A stretch of 64,000 bases of DNA, taken from Lingula anatina. Lineage: Eukaryota; Animalia; Brachiopoda. Positions within the stretch are counted from its first letter, which is position 1. Every line of letters starts with the position of its first letter. Position numbers and translations under genes: made by a program. The notes under the pieces are model-generated. The model had not been told where the DNA came from, made no database searches, and was given only the letters and a program-made list of their open reading frames with translations. The stretch spans positions 24,248,401 through 24,312,400 of the forward strand of contig CM120641.1 in assembly GCA_051362555.1 (NCBI GenBank), in the 5' to 3' direction. Positions 58,318 to 64,000 of the stretch are shown one piece after another.

Positions 58318-61300
58318 TCAGCTACCAGTTAATGGTTTCTGTGCCACAAAATACACACAGTCGTAGACATACTTTAACATAGACTTGGGGTTCTCTGTAT
58401 ACCCAGACTTGATATTCGTCTTCTCCTCCTGAAACAAAGAAAAATTAAGGTTCTGACTCTCAAGGTGTTCTAATTACATGGGCGCTGTTGTATTATATTT
58501 TACTGACACAAATGTCCTGGCAGTGGCAGCACTGAACAAGCACTTAGGGTAGTGTTTATCACAGAAGACAAGTTTCACCTTGTATGAAAGTTGGATAATA
58601 AAAAATAAAAAGAATTTCTTGGTATGTTCTTTTTAACAGATATAACTGTTACCTTTCCATGTTTCTGTGTCCTTAAAACCTTATAGTGTATAATATTCAA
58701 TCTTACCAGGATAAGGAAGCCCAACTGCAGTATAACCTTTTTGACATCTTCATAGCTGAGCTCTATTGACAGTTCATTTGGCATGTCGGCAAAGTGATAC
58801 AGCAAAGGACCTATAAATAGATGAAAAAATCTCTGCTTGATTTAAAGAATTAAAACCTTAAAAACTGTTAAAAAGAGTATATAATTAATTTTTTTGGTCA
58901 GTTATTTATAACTTAGACTTGGGTGTCTTGTACGCCTACTGAAGCTGCTAAACGATCGTTAATTACCCGCTAGCGGCTTCAGTAGGCCTGACAGACATTC
59001 AATCCGCTGAAGTTGATAGCAATTTACAACAGTTAGTAATATAGTGTCTGAGAATGGTCCCTATGCTTTGTGCAAAACCATGTCAACTCAAACTTGGGAA
59101 TTTTCTTGAATATGTCTTCAAAGGTAACTAGCTTTCAAAAATAAACCATAAACAGTGTTTCATGATAGTACACAATAAATGTACCTGACATACTTAAAGG
59201 TGCTATTATCACCTATGACAATCATTTACAAGTTAATCACAATTTGCTCTAAGGGTTTGGTTTAAAGAGAAATAAAAAGAAGAGGTTACCAAGCATATAA
59301 ATCTTTATTAAAATGCACCTTAATAGGCTAAAATTCTAAGCAGTTTTTGCTAAGACTGGTTTTAGTCTTTAGTTGTTTTTTGTCAAATGGACCATAGTGT
59401 GTTACTAACCCATATTTATCCAGTAACCCCCTGGTTTCAGTATTTTCCATATTGTCTCCAGATAGGCAATCACATTGTGAGCTGTGTCTATAAAAAACAC
59501 TGTTGCTATACAGTCCCACGTATCTGAAAAAAAAAAAAAAAGACACTGTCATGTAACCACAGTTGCTGTCTTCTGCAGTAGAGAACATACACATTCAGTC
59601 TTATATTTGTTCCTAGATGGCAAGATTTTGGGTAAAGTGAATCTGCTCCTCTATACGCAACTACGTGCCTCTTTAACTTTTACCTCTACTTACATACATT
59701 TACACCAAAAGAAAACACTCAAAACTATGACAGTTTCTTTAATCAACGGACATAATTGGAGCTTTTGTTCCTCAATAATTTTATGTCTCTTGCAGCAGCT
59801 TCTTTAAGGAATGAGGCACGCTTGGATGTCACCTTGATTGGATACTAAACGATTGTTGTAAAATCGCTATATGATTTTACATGGGGCTTACGAAGAAGAA
59901 GCCATGCCATTGGACAGGTATTTGTAATGCGACCTCTGCGGTTACGTCACTTCCTGAATTGGAAGGTAGAGAGGACCGACTTAAACGTCAAGGTGGGAAT
60001 TTTGGTTTACGGTTTGATTGTGTGTATGCCATGCACAGGATTTACAAACGAGCGATGGGATGATGTAGCCTGCAGTATTTGTGGTAAGTGTGACAAGTTT
60101 TAGGCCGCTTGGATGCCTGGCAGTATTTTATTTTGATTACTATCTTAAAATTTCTGGAATCTTGTTTCACAAGCTTACTCTATTTTATTGTTTCTATGGG
60201 GGCACATGGGAACTTTACGACATTCGGTTTGATAGGGCTTTTTTGCATTGTATTAGATTAATGTGGCAGTCTAAGGTTGTTCTAGGTGGTTTTTATTTTA
60301 GGCAACTCAGTTTAAAGTCATATAGCGATTTTACGACAATCATTTACTATCCAATCAAGGTGACAGCCGAGCGTGGAATGAGGCCACAGATGCTGATTAC
60401 AGAAAATATCATTAAAGTTAAGTGATAAACACAGCTGATGAAATCATTTTCTATTAAAGGTAAAATGTGCCGAATTCTTTTATTTTGATAGAAAAGCTGA
60501 ACTTTTACCCACTTCTTATAAAAATAAATAAAAATTTTACCTGCTTCTGTATAAACTTCTAGGAAATCTCCAGCGGCCATGGAGAACTCGGACTTTGACG
60601 GCATCTCTGACGGGTTGATGTCTGGAAATTTCACAGCTTTCAGTTGATCCGCATTTGACATGTTGTTACACCACTGATGAACCCAGGGATGGATAGTGTA
60701 GATCTCAATACTGTGGCATCTAAACAATTACGTGAGAAAAAGTGTTATCATATGATGTCTGTAGCATGCATTGATTTGAAATGTGACAGTTGAATTGTGT
60801 GCAAAATTATGCCAAAAAAATAAACTGTTATGAAGATAATGAGAGTAAAAAATATAAATGTGATTGAGACCAATATGAACAGCCTTTCTCTCTTTTTTTT
60901 TATCTTCAGAATTCATCTCCTCAATCTACAGCAAATATCAATCATTCACTTATTTGGTTTTCATGTGAATACCACTGACTGACATTACTTTTTTTTAAAC
61001 TTCCTGAGCAAGTGTTTTTCATGTAAAAAATATCATAAAAATAATTTCATAATTTAACTTTAAACTTCACATTATGTGAATCATAATTAACAGCAATGTT
61101 TACTGAGCAAAAATGTAATACTGAGCAAGGGTGGCCTTCCAATATGTAAAACTTGACATGCATCTGTCAATCCATCTTAGGGAGTTTCCTTTACCTGTTC
61201 AGGACAAAATGTGAAGCAAAAAGCATAAAAAGACTCCATTCATTGCCCTGGCAGTTGTAGCCTAGTCTTGCTATGTCATGGGCCAATCTTCCCAAACCTG

Positions 61301-61336
61301 CCCCTGGGACCAGCACATATACTGAGGAGGGATTAC
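58318..61336 (-). CDS. CARNMT1: Carnosine N-methyltransferase (N2227 family), 3' exons only; 5' exons not found in the window
   Basis: Exons at about 61336-61195 ([32 protein letters not shown]), 60719-60541 ([12 protein letters not shown]...[12 protein letters not shown]), 59523-59410 ([16 protein letters not shown]...[11 protein letters not shown]), 58810-58707 ([22 protein letters not shown]) and 58428-58318 ([23 protein letters not shown]...*). Confidence 0.93.
58921..59001. repeat. Short inverted repeat / hairpin, probably a tiny MITE remnant
   Basis: GCCTACTGAAGCTGCTA...TAGCGGCTTCAGTAGGC with weaker outer pairing (TGTCT/AGACA). Confidence 0.6.
59817..60375. mobile_element. MITE family F (TIRs about 63 bp, 8-bp TSD), in a CARNMT1 intron
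   Basis: CACGCTTGGATGTCACCTTGATTGGATA... pairs with ...TATCCAATCAAGGTGACAGCCGAGCGTG; GAATGAGG at 59809-59816 and 60376-60383. Confidence 0.9.
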
Positions 61337-61904
61337 TGCAATAAAAACAGTTTTACCAAGGTATTATATACCTACTAGTATATATCAATTCAAAAGTAGC
61401 TTGAAAAATGATGTCTGCACATGGAACTATACTGCTTCTCTTTTCATAAAATGTGCACATTTTTACTGGAATAATTTTGCTGATAACCACTGCAGAACCA
61501 AAATGTCAAGATATCAAGAATGGTAACACATTTTTGAAGATATCTATATATGGAGAAACAGGCTTGTAATTTTGGTTTCAGGATTAAAAGGACACAAAAG
61601 AGGATTTTCGCGCCAAAATTGATTTATCCTGATTTATCCCGAGGTTAACACTACTTTTCCGCGATTTACCAACCTTTAATCTATCATTCCCGGCACACGC
61701 CATCGCTCTGTAACATTTTTGGAAAATACAATAACAAGGCAGCAAAGCTGTCAAATGTACAGACAAAAAGCAGGAAATAACAAAATAGGCTACTGTCAAT
61801 TCTGATGTTAAAGTACATTATGTTAAACTGCAAATTCAACATCAAATTTTAATTATGCTCAACAGGTAATACCAATGTAAGTAAAATGTGTAACAAGCAT
61901 AAGG

Positions 61905-63394
61905 CTTCAGGCCCATGGGAGTTCAAGTTCACACTTTGAAAATGTAAAACTTCCAGAAAAAGAAGTCAATTAGACTGCTTTTCCAACTCGAGCTGCATTT
62001 TAGTCCTGTGTTTCTTTTTTAAAAGTTTGACAATCATAAGTAATATGGTTTTCCCATGATGGTCATCATGGCAGCAATACCCAAAATTGTGTTTTCTTCT
62101 ATTTTGATGCAATATTTCATAATGCTTAACAGCATAAAGACCATCAGTTTTTAATAATAAAATATACGTATCGTGGATTTTCAGAAAATGTGACTAGCAT
62201 GGGTCTTCAAGCCCAAGGTGGTTCTAAGTCACACCTTGAAAATGCCAATATGTGAAAAATTAAATTTTCACAAAAAACTGATTAACTACCAGAAAAATTT
62301 ACCAAATAGACTGCACTGCCTAATGAAACTGTATTTTAGTCCCATGTTTCTTTCCTGTAAGTTTGAGAACAGTAAGTGACATAGTTTTCCTTAAATGGTC
62401 ATCAAGGGAGCAGTGTCCAAAATAGGGGTTTCTTCAAATTTTGATGCAATATTACATAATGTTTAACAGGATAATAACCATCAAGTTTTAATAATAAAAT
62501 ATTAGTATCATGGATATTCAGAAAATGTGACTAGCAAAGGTCTTCAGGCCCATGGAACTTCAAAGTCACAACTTGAAAATGCCAAAATTTAGACAAGACA
62601 GTACTGTCCTGAAATGCATTTTTTTCCATTTTTAACAATTTTTTAACATATAACAAAATTAACACTTTACTGCCATTTTTATATGATCAACTAAGAAAAT
62701 TGATGAGATGGGAAAAATATCAATAGAACAGTGTTTAATGTACAATTTCCTCTATTCTGAGTTTCTGAACATTGTGAATGAATGAATGAATCTGACAAAC
62801 TGCAATGATAAGAGTTTATTTCCATTTTTGAAACTCTATTATACAATACATGATAACAAGCTTACCAATATTTTTACATAATCAACTAACAATGTTGTAA
62901 AGATGCAGGAAATGTTAAACAAAGACTTTTACGTATCTTATTAGTTAAATAATGAGACTGTTAACATGCCTAAGAATTGAATCTGAGGAAATGTGAAACA
63001 AGACAGTACTGTTATGAAATGCGCTTATTTCCATTTTTAACACTTTTTTAACATAAAACAAAATTAACAGTTTACTGCCATTTTTATATGATCAACTAAG
63101 AAAGTTGATGAGATGTGAAAAATATCAATAGAACAGTGTCAAATGTCCAATTTCCTCCATTCTGAGTTTCGCGAACATAATGAATGATTGAATCTTACAA
63201 ACTGCAATAATATGAGTTTATTTCCATTTTTGACACTTTATTACACAATACACGATAACAAGTTTACCATCATTTTTACATAATCAACTAACAATGTTGT
63301 AAAGATGCAGGAAATGTCAAACAAACACTTTTACGTATCTTATTAATTAAATAATGAGACTGTTAACATGCCTAAGAATTGAATCTGAAGAAAT
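61905..63394. repeat. Two adjacent long-period tandem repeats (about 300-340 bp x 2+, then about 405 bp x 2)
   Basis: CTTCAGGCCCATGG..TCACAC.TTGAAAATG recurs near 61905, 62205 and 62542; ACAAGACAGTACTGT..TGAAATGC recurs near 62593 and 62998 with colinear following sequence. Confidence 0.85.
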
Positions 63395-63940
63395 GTGAAA
63401 AAACAGCATAACTTATAAAATAATGGCCCGATTATGCTGATTTTCGAACTTGACCTGCGTTTTAGTAAGATTGATTACTCCTGTGAGTTTCATGACAACA
63501 GGCCTATCAGTTTTCTTTGAAATGTGTTAACAGTGTTGCATATATGCTGAAAAGTGAAAAAACAGCATAACTGCTAAAATGGTGGCCCGATCATGCCGAT
63601 TTTCGAACTTGACCTGCGTTTTAGTAAGATTGATTACTCCTGTGAGTTTCATGACAACAGGCCTATCAGTTTTCTTTGAAATGTGTTAACAGTGTTGCAT
63701 ATATGCTGAAAAGTGAAAAAACAGCATAACTTCTAAAATGGTGGCCCGATCATGCCGATTTTCGAACTTGACCTGCGTTTTAGTAAGATTGATTACTCCT
63801 GTGAGTTTCATGACAACAGGCCTATCGGTTTTCTTTGAAATGTGTTAACAGTGTTGCATATATGCTGAAAAGTGAAAAAACAGCATAAATTCTACAATAA
63901 TGGCCCGATCATGCTGATTTTCGAACTTGACCTGCGTTTT
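63395..63940. repeat. 159-bp satellite, about 3.5 copies
   Basis: GTGAAAAAACAGCATAA unit starts at 63395, 63554, 63713 and 63872. Confidence 0.95.
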
Positions 63941-64000
63941 ATGAATATTCATCAGCTCTGTAAATATAAAGCCAAAAAGTAAAACTGTCTTCCACTTATG

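Noticed and set aside
58812-60540. Apparently missing CARNMT1 exon, suggesting a pseudogene
   Set aside because: The exon ([15 protein letters not shown]...) is present at 59523-59410 in a frame not listed in the ORF track.
63395-63940. Regular repeats that might suggest a CRISPR array
   Set aside because: Units repeat in full with no unique spacers, and the context is eukaryotic: a satellite.

Overview
AT-rich, intron-rich eukaryotic (invertebrate, probably mollusc/lophotrochozoan; inferred) genomic DNA. Most ORFs in the supplied track are spurious or single-exon fragments. Reading exons by hand gives seven spliced genes in alternating orientation: cyclin H (-), RAM/RAMAC cap-methyltransferase activator (+), spermine synthase (-), an HR3/ROR (NR1F) nuclear receptor (+), an EMI+EGF-repeat MEGF10/Draper-like receptor (-), POC5 (+) and the 3' part of CARNMT1 (-). 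A probable 5' end of an eighth gene lies near 1.7 kb. Introns and intergenic DNA carry many non-autonomous DNA transposons (MITEs with apparent 3-, 5-, 6- and 8-bp target-site duplications, some nested) and a composite tandem array at the right end. The most interesting signals are: a candidate RORE-driven internal promoter and mini-exon that would yield a DBD-less HR3 isoform; several other ROREs, including MITE-borne and tandem ones; a U12-type intron in SMS; a cyclin H/RAM head-to-head pair; and a MITE found only in or beside other MITEs. I see no clear wholly novel system. The HR3 autoregulatory isoform model is the best candidate and is an untested inference. Exon coordinates were read by eye and may be off by a few bases.
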